From the NCBI RefSeq assembly GCF_000315625.1, contig NW_005434520.1:21250-57384 (forward strand): a stretch of 36,135 nucleotides of DNA, given 5' to 3'. The notes beneath the pieces are model-generated. The model was not told where the DNA came from. It worked only from the letters and a program-made list of their open reading frames with translations, and searched no databases. The translations under genes and the position numbers were made by a program. This document shows positions 25,631 to 36,135 of the stretch, piece after piece. Each line of letters begins with the position of its first letter. Position 1 is the first letter of the stretch. Source of the DNA: Guillardia theta CCMP2712. Lineage: Eukaryota > Protista > Cryptophyta.

Positions 25631-25810
25631 CCGGAGCTCGTCGCCCGATGCGCCTCTACAACTTTTCTGTAACATTAGAACACGCAAACTTCTTCCAAAC
25701 CAAAGAACCAGATATTAATAAATTATGCAGAATCTCACAGTATTTTAAAGTCTCTTCCATGCAATCCATGCACCCATCTTGGCTGATTGAGCCAGTAGAT
25801 GGTGCCAGTT

Positions 25811-28641
25811 TCAGGGTTCGAGCCGCGGGGGAGCTTGAGCCTCCTTGTCATTCCTCTTCTGGCACTGTGAGAAGCCTTTGCTCAATCGCTTCTTGGCGAT
25901 TTGGAACGATTCATCGTTTCGAAACTCCCACTCCTGCACCACGGCCGTCAGCGATGTTGCATCGGAGACGAAGCTCTTACCCGATAATAGAACATGTCGG
26001 TCTTGCCCGGATCCTTGTCCGCGGGTCCTCGCAAGCAAGGCTTCGAGCCGATCTTTCGGAAGAGCTCGTACACGCCCCAGGTAGGGTTCTTCAATGGCTG
26101 ATTGTACTTGCCGTTCGCTTTCTTCCATATCCCCCCCTTGTCCTCGTCCACCATCTTCTTGACCTTCAAGTTCAGCTCGTAAGGATCGTGAACTTCCAGC
26201 TTCGACCAGCCGAGGATACAGTTCTTTGCAGGATCTTCCGACTTGATGAAAGTTGCGATCTTTTCATGCTGCGCCTCGACCAGGAGCTCGTGGAGACAGA
26301 GGAGCCGCTTTGCCGAGTTGGGATTGATCTCTCCGATGCGAACAGCATCGTCCAACCTCGACCGCAGTTCGTCGTCCACAAAGTCACTTCCGTACACAAT
26401 GGCCCTTGATTGAGCAAAGATATGAATCAAGGAATCGTCCGATCTCACCACAGTTGGAGTATTGTAGAATTCCTTTGGCGATGGCTGCTCTTTTGGTGGC
26501 GATACTGAAACAGCGTCCAACTTAGCAGAGGTCGGTGCTGGGGCCGAAGCATTGTCAACAGTCAACGACCTTTTAGCTGGAGAGGTAGCGCCTTTTTCGG
26601 ACCTCGAGCGTTTGTTTGTTCCACGTTCCTTCTTTACAACCCCTTCTGAGGCGAGCGATAGAAGTGCTGTGCATGCTGCTTGTAGATTTGGATCATCAGA
26701 ATCCTCCGCAGAACCACCTTGAGCCTTCTTCGACAAAGATTCTTTGCTTTTACCTGCAACATACTGAGCTCGAGCAGATAAAGCTTGCTCTCCTTTGTTG
26801 GGATTTGTTAAATCACGTTTGAGTAAACTTGAAAAGGATTCCTGTCCACGTGAGATTTGCCCCAAATCTAAGCCTTTTGGGTCACTGCCCTTCAGACCAA
26901 CAAGCGAAGAAGACGCTGTAAGGATCGAAGGAGGCTGAAACGGAACATGCAACATTTTGCTTGATAGATGAGGCTGTTGCCTTTCCTCTTTGAGTGCTCC
27001 TACATTGTTGAAATTGGTTCCTGGAACTGTCCCTTTCGATGCTCCGATTGAACTCTTTGCTGCATCCATTGGACCGTTCACTGGATTTTCACTCATGATG
27101 GATACCGTGCTCAAAGTATTCGACATTTTGCCTGCACCTTCAGCACGTCCCTGATTTGCACCATGCTGGGTGATAGAAATTTGGTTATCCGATGAAACTT
27201 TGTTCATATCACGGGGGCGTCCCTTAGCAATTCCATCAACTTCCAAGCGATGTCTATTCTTCACTAGGGTATCACGGCAGAAGATGTATCGTGTGGCGTA
27301 CATGAAATCTTTTGGATCGGGATCATGCTCCTTGGGACCTCTACAATGCTTTTGTGGTCTGACGCCGATCTGTCGCAACAACTCGTAGATTACCCATGTC
27401 GGTTTTTTGAGGGATCTGGCACCACCTAAGCCATGCCACAACTTGTTCTCCTGAACCATCTTGCGGATGAACAAATTGAATTGAGGTTGTTTCACTTCGA
27501 GCTGCTGGAATCCTAGAATGCAATTGTTTCTTTGATCTGAATCTCGTTTTATATAGCTGATTCCACTCTCCTGCGAATTAATGCAGTTGTAGAGATCATA
27601 CAATCTTGACAAAGCTGTCGACTTGATTTGCACTTCGGCATACTTCTCAGCATGAACTTTGAATTCCTCCTTCTTCCGAATTTCCTCATAATCTAGTTTT
27701 CCCTGAAAACATGAGCCTCAGCTTCTGAAAACAAGTTTGACGAAGCAAATAGTGGACATCAAAGAGGATGAATATCACAACCATACCAGAAAGTCTCTGT
27801 GAAGAAGAGCACTTGCTTTAGACTGGCAAATAAGGTCAATAAAATATAAGTATGTCAATGGGAGGATAGAATCAGAACTTACGCTGAATGGGGCCGTGGG
27901 TTTCGATGCTGGATTCATACTAGGCATAGATTGTTTTGTAGGCTGTCACATGATTCTTCAAAACACATATTAACAAATTGAACCAGAAATACCGCTTCAC
28001 TAGATGTTAATGCCGATCGGTAATCAATCGTTTCCTGTGAAAAATCAAGATCCGAGAAATACTGAAGCTACGCTCAAACCTTTGCAGGGAGAAAGCAGCT
28101 TAACGCCTTCGTCTTTGCTGAATCTGACGCCTGAGATGCAGTCTGTAACGTTTCAATTCAAATTCAGCTGTCTGTCCGACTGAGTTAACAATCACACTCA
28201 CGTCGACGGGATTGCATAAGTCGCTTAGTGCTACTCTTTGCGTTGTTGCGACCTTAGCTTCGAGCTACAAAGTTTCAGCTAATTCAGCAAAAACATTATA
28301 CTAGTTACGCACGTCATTGTTATTGCCTTCCTTCGGTCCTATCGTGCTTTTCCCATCTGTCTTAATCGATTCCTGGTAAAATTTGAGATAAACAAAAACA
28401 AGAGAAGAAAATAATTTACCGCTTTTCGTTCTGAGGAATCGTCAGGAGAAGCATCTTTGGATGGATCTTTCGAAGAAGAATTTGAGGGGTCGGTGAATGT
28501 GGTCAATCTATCCAACAATGGTTCTTTGTGCTGTGCCTTGTGCACTTCTCCATTTGACATTGATTGGAATTCTCCGAGCTGATGTTTCTCGTTTGTGTCT
28601 TTCATCTCAAAACCTCCCCGTGGAAGAGTAGCTATCGGCAT
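25811..28641 (-). CDS. Multi-exon protein with two homologous ~140-aa domains (divergent HSF/winged-helix-like); putative transcription factor
   Basis: Large exon 27702-25981, 47-nt intron 25980-25934, last exon EWEFRNDESFQ..LEP*. Internal repeat NCILG..LEV..PTW.VYEL.R.IG..P..RGP...DP. 5' exons are approximate. Confidence 0.8.
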
Positions 28642-31491
28642 TTTCAATAACTTGTGTTTCGAAATTTCTTTTGTAAATATTTTGTGTTTGGGATCACTGA
28701 AATAAAATATGCAGAAAAATTATGTGCTTGAAACAAACTAACTGAAATAAAAAAACTTTGACAACAATTTATCCATTGCGATTGTGATTGTAGATGTAAT
28801 GTTCATCAGACTTTCCGGGCATCATGTCCATTGGTCACTTCCTGGTGGAATCCAAATCAGGTTGCAAACTTTGAATTCACTTAACAGTCCACTCAATCAA
28901 GCGATCATTTCGTGCCATCACATTGATCATCTTTCTGCAAACGCCTCATTCCGTGTATAAAAAATTCCGAGCCTATAAATTTGTGCCAATACAATGTGTT
29001 GCACACTGGCAGTGTGTCATAATTCTCCGCTGACATTCCAGCCTCCAAACTGATGTGGAGTCTGAATTCGAACAAGCAGCCTGTCACAGAAAAGAAATAG
29101 TGTCAAAACAAACCACCAAGAAAACAATCAAGGATCCTCAATCATGTATTGATATGTTTAAGGGACCTGGTACAAGCGCTAGCTGCAAACAAAGCACAAA
29201 CAAAGGTAACAATAACAAATTCACGCATGCAACCCCCTCAGAGGAGCAGTGGCAAGCTTGTTTGTGGGTGACTTCTTTCAAGCAAATGGTTGAAGTTCAG
29301 TTCAGATTGAATGCAGTGGATCAAATTCAAAAAATAAAAAAAATAAGAAAATGAAGAAAAGATATGTAATTACATGCTGGACAAAATCATTTTTTTCTTT
29401 GACAGCATACGAAACAAATATTCATGGCAAATTCATGGCGGAAGAGAAATGCACGACCAAGCGAGCCATATTAACAAGATAATTCACAGAGCGACATCGG
29501 GGGGATTGTATAAAAATTTATGATCTTTCTTTGATTGTGACATCATGGGAACAGTATAACACAAGGCAAAAGGCAAAAGGCAGCGTGCAGGCTGACTATT
29601 CAAGAGGCCAAGCAACGTCTTGTACAAAATGTGAGAGGGACGGGGGGCAAAAAGCCTGCATCCCGCTTCCCGCATCCTGCAGTTTTCTCAATTGTACAGA
29701 GGAAGAGAAAAGCAAAAGCGAGGAGCAAAGGCTGGGCAAAAGAAAACTGCGCGAGGGCAAGCTGTGTTTTGGCTTAGGGGAAGGGTTGCGTTCTTGGGGC
29801 TGGAGGGGGCGAGAGGGAGCGGGAAGTTGGGGTGGGAGGGATGCATTCTGAGAAGATCAGAGTAAGAGAAGGGAAGAGGGATCTGTGATATAGACCGACG
29901 CAACAAGAATATCAGCATGAGCGTCGGCGGCAAACAAGGGGAGGGGCTACCATGAAGGCCAATGATGTGTGAGAGGAGCGTCTTGAACAGAGGAGGTGGG
30001 TAGTGACCCTCACCCCCCTGATTAACACCAGATTGTATCTACAGACGTGGGTACTTCTCATACTAAAATGAAATCCACATGGCATCGTCTTCCTAGGACC
30101 ACCACCCCTACCCCCTTCATCCCACCCCCTTGAGCATCCCACAAACTCCTCTCTCCAAACAGGGGAAGGTGGTACCACCCCTCATATCTACGACCCTGTC
30201 GTAGTACCCCACCAGGTTCTCACAACCATCTGGTACCTGTATCACCCTACCCCCCTCTCCAGGAAACATATCCATCCGTGTACCCTTTCAATAGTACCCC
30301 ACCCTGGTCCCCACGACCACCTTGTGAGAATCTTTACACTTTGGGACAAGTTTGTAGAATGACCTTTTGTGGCCTTAGACCCCCACCCCCACTGTTCTAT
30401 GACCCTCTACCACCCTCTTTATATTTGATAACCCCCCACACTTGTACTGATATTCCGACCACCCTCCTGTCTTGGTGCGAGCACCCCTATTGCTCCATCC
30501 CACCAAGATTTTGGACTCTCAACCCTCCCCTGCAAGAAAACCAGAACCCCTACCCCCTGTCGAGCATTATATTTCCATCAATCAGGGCAAACATTGTGCC
30601 TTTGGCATATTTTCCTATGACGGTAATTGAAATATACTCTTGCATTACATCAACATCTCTACTCCTCGCCCCGCCCTGAGCTTTGCTGTCCCATGGACCA
30701 CCCCCTTGCCTCCCCACCCCCTCGGCGTTTCAGAGTTCTTTGCCGCCGCCGCGACCAAGTTTCCCCCAAACAACTTTGTATTCGGTAGAATGACCCACCC
30801 CACCCTCGTAAGTTGAGAGTCGTGGACTACCTACCCGTGGAATCTATTAGTTCGCAACACCTGCATCACGGGTCCCCATCCGAATGCCCCGTGATTACAC
30901 CACCCCCTCTCTACTAGAACTAGTCGAAAGTACCCTATTTACAAACTACCCGACTACCCTACCCAATCCTGTGTTTGCAGGGGTGCTCTGGCGACGAACA
31001 AGGGAGCGACAAACAAGAGGGTAGGAGTACCTTTCCACCGGTGTTATTTCCCTAGAAAAAGAGGGTTCAAATCAGGTGTAGTATCTTTTAACGGGGGGTG
31101 GTGGGGTCATTTTTAGAGGAGTTCGTGAGTGTTTTTAAAAGTGGGTTTTTTTAAAAGAAAGTGTCTTAGGGGGTGGGGTTATGCAATGAGGGGGGGGTAG
31201 TGGTCAACGGGGTTATACAAATTAGTTTGTGACTGTTTTTGGCCCATTTTTTCAAATGTGTTGGTACTGCCAACTTTAGTCATCATCGCCGAGCTGGAAC
31301 TGACCGGAGGCTCCGGGCCGCCCGGAGCCTGAGTGACGGTACCGCACTGGCACCGTCGCCGGGCTCACGGTGATCGGGCCCGTCGGATCTTGCCATGATC
31401 ACTGAGCGGTTTGGTTCTCGCTGTCTTTTCTCTTCTCAGTCTCGCCGTTTGGCCTGTGCGACAGTGTCAGGGTCAACTTTCAGCCTCCTCG

Positions 31492-31544
31492 ACTCTCCTG
31501 ATTGTACGGTCCTCGTACTGATTTTTGACTGAACTTTGAGTAAA
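31492..31544 (-). repeat. Solo, slightly diverged copy of the 42-bp repeat
   Basis: CTCTCCTGATTGT(ACGG)TCCTCGTACTGATTTTTGACTGAACTTTGAGTAAA matches 13132-13178. Confidence 0.88.
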
Positions 31545-31849
31545 GAGTCACCGATCTGTCACTCAGTGTCACTGATTGAGTCTCCGCCGGGCCCCCCCGG
31601 GCCGGGGGCCCGGCCCGAGCCGCGGAGGCTCAGTGACTCAGTGAGTCGGCGATCGGACTCGCTTGACTCAGTGAACGGTCCGTCACGGTAGTCACTAGGC
31701 TCAAGACTCCCGTCAGTTAATCAGTGTGCCAGATTGATATCCCGGCGATCAATCATTCGAATGTTCTATGTTGTTCTTCTATGTGTTATTTGCAGTTCCT
31801 CGTCACTACTTGATCTATCCCGTACATTCAAAGTCACGGTCATGCTCGT

Positions 31850-33494
31850 GCGTTTTGCTGAGGACAATTCGCTCCTTCGAATGCTCGTATACAAAAGGTA
31901 GGTTAGGATCCACTTGATGAGGCAGTTTCGTTTATGTCTGGTTGAATTTTCCCAGAAAATCCTTCTGGTTCAGATGACCGATGAAGGACCATAGCACTCA
32001 GTCAATGGTGCAGAGAGTTCGAAGCCTTCAAACGTGACAGAAAGACATGGCCTTTGACATGTATTTGGTTTTGACCGGGCTGACACTGGTCCTGTCGATG
32101 CCTTCCACAGCCAGCTGCGACCATGGTGTACATGACTCACCGGCTCTGAACCTTTCAGACCTCTTTGATCGAATGCTTTGTGAAAGCCAGACATAGTCTC
32201 TGCAATTCATGATGTCGCTTCATGCCACTCTGCCTCCAGCAGACTGATGGCCTTGTCATTGAACATCTCCAGCATGATATTCATCGACTGTGGATCAGCC
32301 GTCCCTTCGACCTCCATGTGAGTCATCAACGAAGGATTCTTCTTGGCGATATCACTGTAAACTTTATGCTGAAGTTGCCACTTCCCTGATCGAATTGAAC
32401 GCCTGACATTCTTGAACAGGTGATTGATGCACGCCGTCAAGAAAAACAACTTCTTTGAAATGGGGGAGATAACGGGATTGGATAACCATTCGTCGAGTTT
32501 AAAGCGGATCTTGTTTTCTTTCAAGTCGTTCAGTCGATGTGCTACTTGTAGCTCAATCTGCCATGGAGTGAATGATTCCTCCACCTCTTCAATTGACTGG
32601 CAATGATAGAACTTCATTGCCTTCTGCATAAATATTTGCAGTTTGCAGAACATCTCTCAAGGTCGCTCTTGGACTCTGACTTGTATCAACATCCTCATCC
32701 AACAATTTTGCATAACTGTAGAATGATCATCTGGCTACTGGCATGGAGAAAAGCAACATCTCAGGCATACTTCAACAAGTAATCGTGAATGGTGTATTGC
32801 AAAGAATTCACCTCGTCAAAGTGTGAAGTAGATCATTGTTTGATTCGGGAGAGAAGCTTTCGATTCTTCTTGTCAGTATTGTCAATGCGTGTACGAAGTC
32901 AATTCAAATGTTCATGCATGGCCGTTGTGCCTGCATGCCATTTTCCAGACGCGTATTGCTGGAAAACTTACTGAGTGTGGTGTGCAGAACACACCCAGAA
33001 AATCATTCTGATGTTCTGATGTCTGTCCATAAACATGTCCAAGGACCTCTAGTTTGTATTGCACTTCAAATAACGGCATAGCACCAAGACTCAACTGAAG
33101 ATGTTGGGTCGCTGAAGCTAGAAGATTCTCGCCTTCACACTCCATAGACAAAGTTGCATGACATTGACATTGCAATTCATGAACAGCTTGAAAATCCAGG
33201 TATCATCACTCATTTTAAGTGCAAGATCCTCTGCCAATTAGTTTTGTTCTCTTGTTGTTTGAACCTGTCACCACACGTGGTGCACTGATCGGCACATCTT
33301 GCCACTTTGGAAGGCTGCTTGTTTCTTCTTGTCGTTAACATGATTGGCATGTTTCTCTCGTCCGCTTCTGTGGCTTGCCCCTGGTATGGACGTACATAGC
33401 TTTGCCCGCTAGAACTCTGATTTGAATCTTCCTGTGATGCCCTGCCATGGCATGCAGCACCCCTCAATACCCCGCCATAGCGCCTCGGACACAA
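31850..33494 (-). pseudogene. Decayed, apparently intronless coding region of unknown family
   Basis: ORFs 32207-32653 and 31970-32194 are one frame split by a single TGA. Another protein-like frame from 33213 is peppered with TAG/TGA/TAA. Confidence 0.5.
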
Positions 33495-33505
33495 GGCATG
33501 GACGC

Positions 33506-35985
33506 ATGATGGGTGCGATCTGGGGCAGGATCGTGGGGTGCGACAGGGGGGTCAGCAGGGGGGTGCGATGGGGAGGGGGTGTGAGTGGGGAGGAGGGGCC
33601 CGTCGTGGTAGTCGTGGCAATGCTAGGTCTGCTTGGAGGCGAGGGAGGGACGAGGAGGACGTTGGAGAAGATCGGGAACGCGACTCTACAAGAGGTAAGA
33701 AAGACGCGTGCGAGGAGAGGAGGGGATGAGGAGGAGGAGGAGGAGAAGAGGGGGAAGGGGTAGGAAGGGGAGGAATGATGTCACGACAACTTTTGTATTG
33801 CAACACATCCTGGAAAAGTCAGTGGGATCGGTAACTTTCCGTTGAGTACAAAGGAGATTGTTGGTGGGAGGATAAGAAAGAGAAACTCTGGGTGTCTGGA
33901 AATAGTTAGAGGAGAAGAGAGGTCAGAACAGGAGACGCGTGTATACACGAGAATGTCGTTCAAAAAGAAGTTCACGGCAACATCTGGCAAGAAGGAAATC
34001 GCAACCACTCAGAGAAAATTGAACGAATCGAATAGAGGGATTGATGTCAAGGAATGATAAGCTAGGATTCTTGTATGGAAGAAGCCCGTAGCCGCTCAAT
34101 CGCTGTTTCAAAGCTGTTTCCTTATTCCAACTTTCCTCATTTCGCAGGATCGGAAAGCTGCGCTGGTGGAGCTGAAGGTAAGAGGAGGAGGGAAGTCGGC
34201 GTGAGTATGACCGCGTTGCTGCAGGAGAGGGCGGAGAAGGATCCCATAGGAGTTGCCTCAATGTCCATGGGCCTTCTCACTTCGCTTATCCCCAAGTGAG
34301 GAGGAAGAGGAGAGCGGCCCAAGGAGGAAGGGGAAGAGCGGGGGGGAGGGAGAGGATAGGGGAGAAATCTTTCGGGGGAGGGAAGAGAGATGGAGAGGTT
34401 GTCTTGTTGCAGCGGGGAGGTTTATGTTGATCTTGCTCACTGTCATGTGCAGGGTCCGCGATGACGTGGACGAGGTCCGAGCAATCCTGGATACCATGCT
34501 CGCATGCCTGAGCCCTGAGGCCTCGGTGCATGGGGAGGAGAAATGCAAGGAGTCGCTGAGCACCAACTCGAAGCTGTACCCTCAGGATGTGATTTCCCAG
34601 CTGCTGGAGCTGCTGGAGGAGCGAGACTGGAACGCAAGGTTCTCTATCCTTAGGATTCTCCATGTGCTGCAGGAGGTTCACCCAGCAGTGGTGCAGCAGG
34701 GCACTCTGTCGAGCCCGCAGGGACTTGCGAGGCTCATGGACGTGCTTTCCGATGAGCGCGAGATTGTCCGCAACGAAGCCCTCCTCGTACTGGTCGCGCT
34801 GACTGAGGGCAGCCAGGAGCTGACTAAGATCATGGCGTTCGAAGGAGCCTTTGACGTGCTGTTCCGGGTTGTGAAGGAGGAGGACTTCGGCTCTGTGATC
34901 GCGGCCGACAGCATCGAGATCGTCAACAACTTGCTGCATGCCAACCCCTCCAACGCCAACTTCTTCAAGGAGATGTCATGCGTTGCTGAGCACGTCGTGC
35001 CCCTGTTGAGGAAGGGGATCGAGTTTGGGAGCACAGGCAGGACAAGCAACACAAGATGCCTGTTTGATCAGATGCTCGACGTCCTGGGGAACCTCCTCAC
35101 CGCAACCTCTGACCTTCAGAGCATGCAGACGCACCTGGGCAAGAGCGGAGTCCTGGGCATCGTAGTGGAGGGTGCGCTACATCCCTCCATGGGGTACGAG
35201 AGCAGAGGCAAGGCGCTTCGTCTCACGTCCCTCCTGGTGTGGAAGCACTCCCCCAACCGGCTTCTGCTTTCCCAGCTCCTCTGCCCCGGCAAGAGCGGGA
35301 GCGTGCTCAGTGCTCTGCTCAAGCTCTGTCTTGAGCTGCACCCGGAGGAAGGCGACAAGTCTGTGCATCTGCTCAATGCGTCGGCTGTGCAGGTAAGAGA
35401 GGAGGACGAGGACGAGGAGGACGACGAGGACGACGAGGACGAGGACGAGGATGAGGAGGAGGAGAAGCAGGATGAGGGCAGAAGCATCAGGAGGAGCAGG
35501 GGGAGCAAGAGGAGCAGGAAGACTGCAGGGGAGCAGGGTGTTTGGGGAGCAGGGGGCAGAGACAGGCAGAACCGTGGAGACAAGGAGAGGAGGACTGAGT
35601 AGAGCTCCAGGTTTTCAAGTGCTACCTCAGCGGCAACGTAGACGGGCAACAGCATTTTGCTGCGTCCCTCATGCCTCAGCCTCCCATGGACGACCAGGAG
35701 CCGCAGGTAGAGGAGGAGACGTCCTTCCTGTGATCGAGTGACCCTCAACGTGGTAGGAGGAGCAGCAGCTGGGGCGGGTGGTGATGGCAGCTCTGCTCGG
35801 CTCATCTCCGGAGGGAGGAGGAGGGGGAGACGTCAGAACGACGAGGGTCTGGGGAGCAGCGCATGTGCTCATGTCAGTCCTGCTTGGAAACAGCGTCTGC
35901 CAGGAGATTGCGGCTGCTACTCCGCTGGAGCTGCCGATGAGCTCGGCTCCTCCTGACTACTTCCTGCAGTCCCTCCTTCAGGAAA
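33506..35985 (+). CDS. USO1: General vesicular transport factor p115/Uso1, N-terminal ARM head; continues beyond the window
   Basis: Spliced NATLQE|DRKAALVELK, and LMDVLSDEREIVRNEALLVLVALT..KIMAFEGAFDVLF, the typical p115 motifs. Confidence 0.92.
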
Positions 35986-36135
35986 GTTGACGTCCTAGCA
36001 TGCTCTCGTCCTTATCGCGTGCTCCTCCTCCTCCTCCTCCTCCTCCTCCTCCTCCTTCTCCTTCTCCTCTTCTTCTTCTCCGTCTCCACCTTCTCCTTCT
36101 GCTTCTCCTACTGCTCCTTCTCCTCCTCCTCCTCT

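Noticed and set aside
25627-26409. 260-aa plus-strand ORF
   Set aside because: Antisense shadow of the HSF-like gene.
33781-34060. Short ORFs on both strands
   Set aside because: They lie inside the predicted USO1 intron 33695-34147 and show no recognisable motif.

Overview
Eukaryotic, intron-rich DNA with one 100-N gap (15274-15373). The ~45-50 nt introns, GGA/CCT/CTG microsatellites, a Zn2Cys6 gene and a signal peptide followed by LRGG suggest a cryptophyte alga such as Guillardia or Hanusia; this is inference only. Bases 1-13.3 kb are an accessory region. It holds at least 8 copies, on both strands, of a small Pro/Ser-rich gene ending in a conserved ~30-aa motif (KxxAL-ASIAM[IV]xEHRxIxxAxGxxQxL-stop) that I do not recognise. 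It also holds an RT-less chromovirus-type LTR element, a ~2 kb element with terminal inverted repeats (TIRs) and a 42-bp dispersed/palindromic repeat. Bases 13.3-36 kb hold an SLC25 mitochondrial carrier, an RCC1+CS-domain protein, a 7TM-like membrane protein, a Zn2Cys6 factor convergent with a protein carrying two divergent HSF-like domains, a decayed ORF and the 5' part of USO1/p115. All gene models were spliced by eye, so exon boundaries are approximate.
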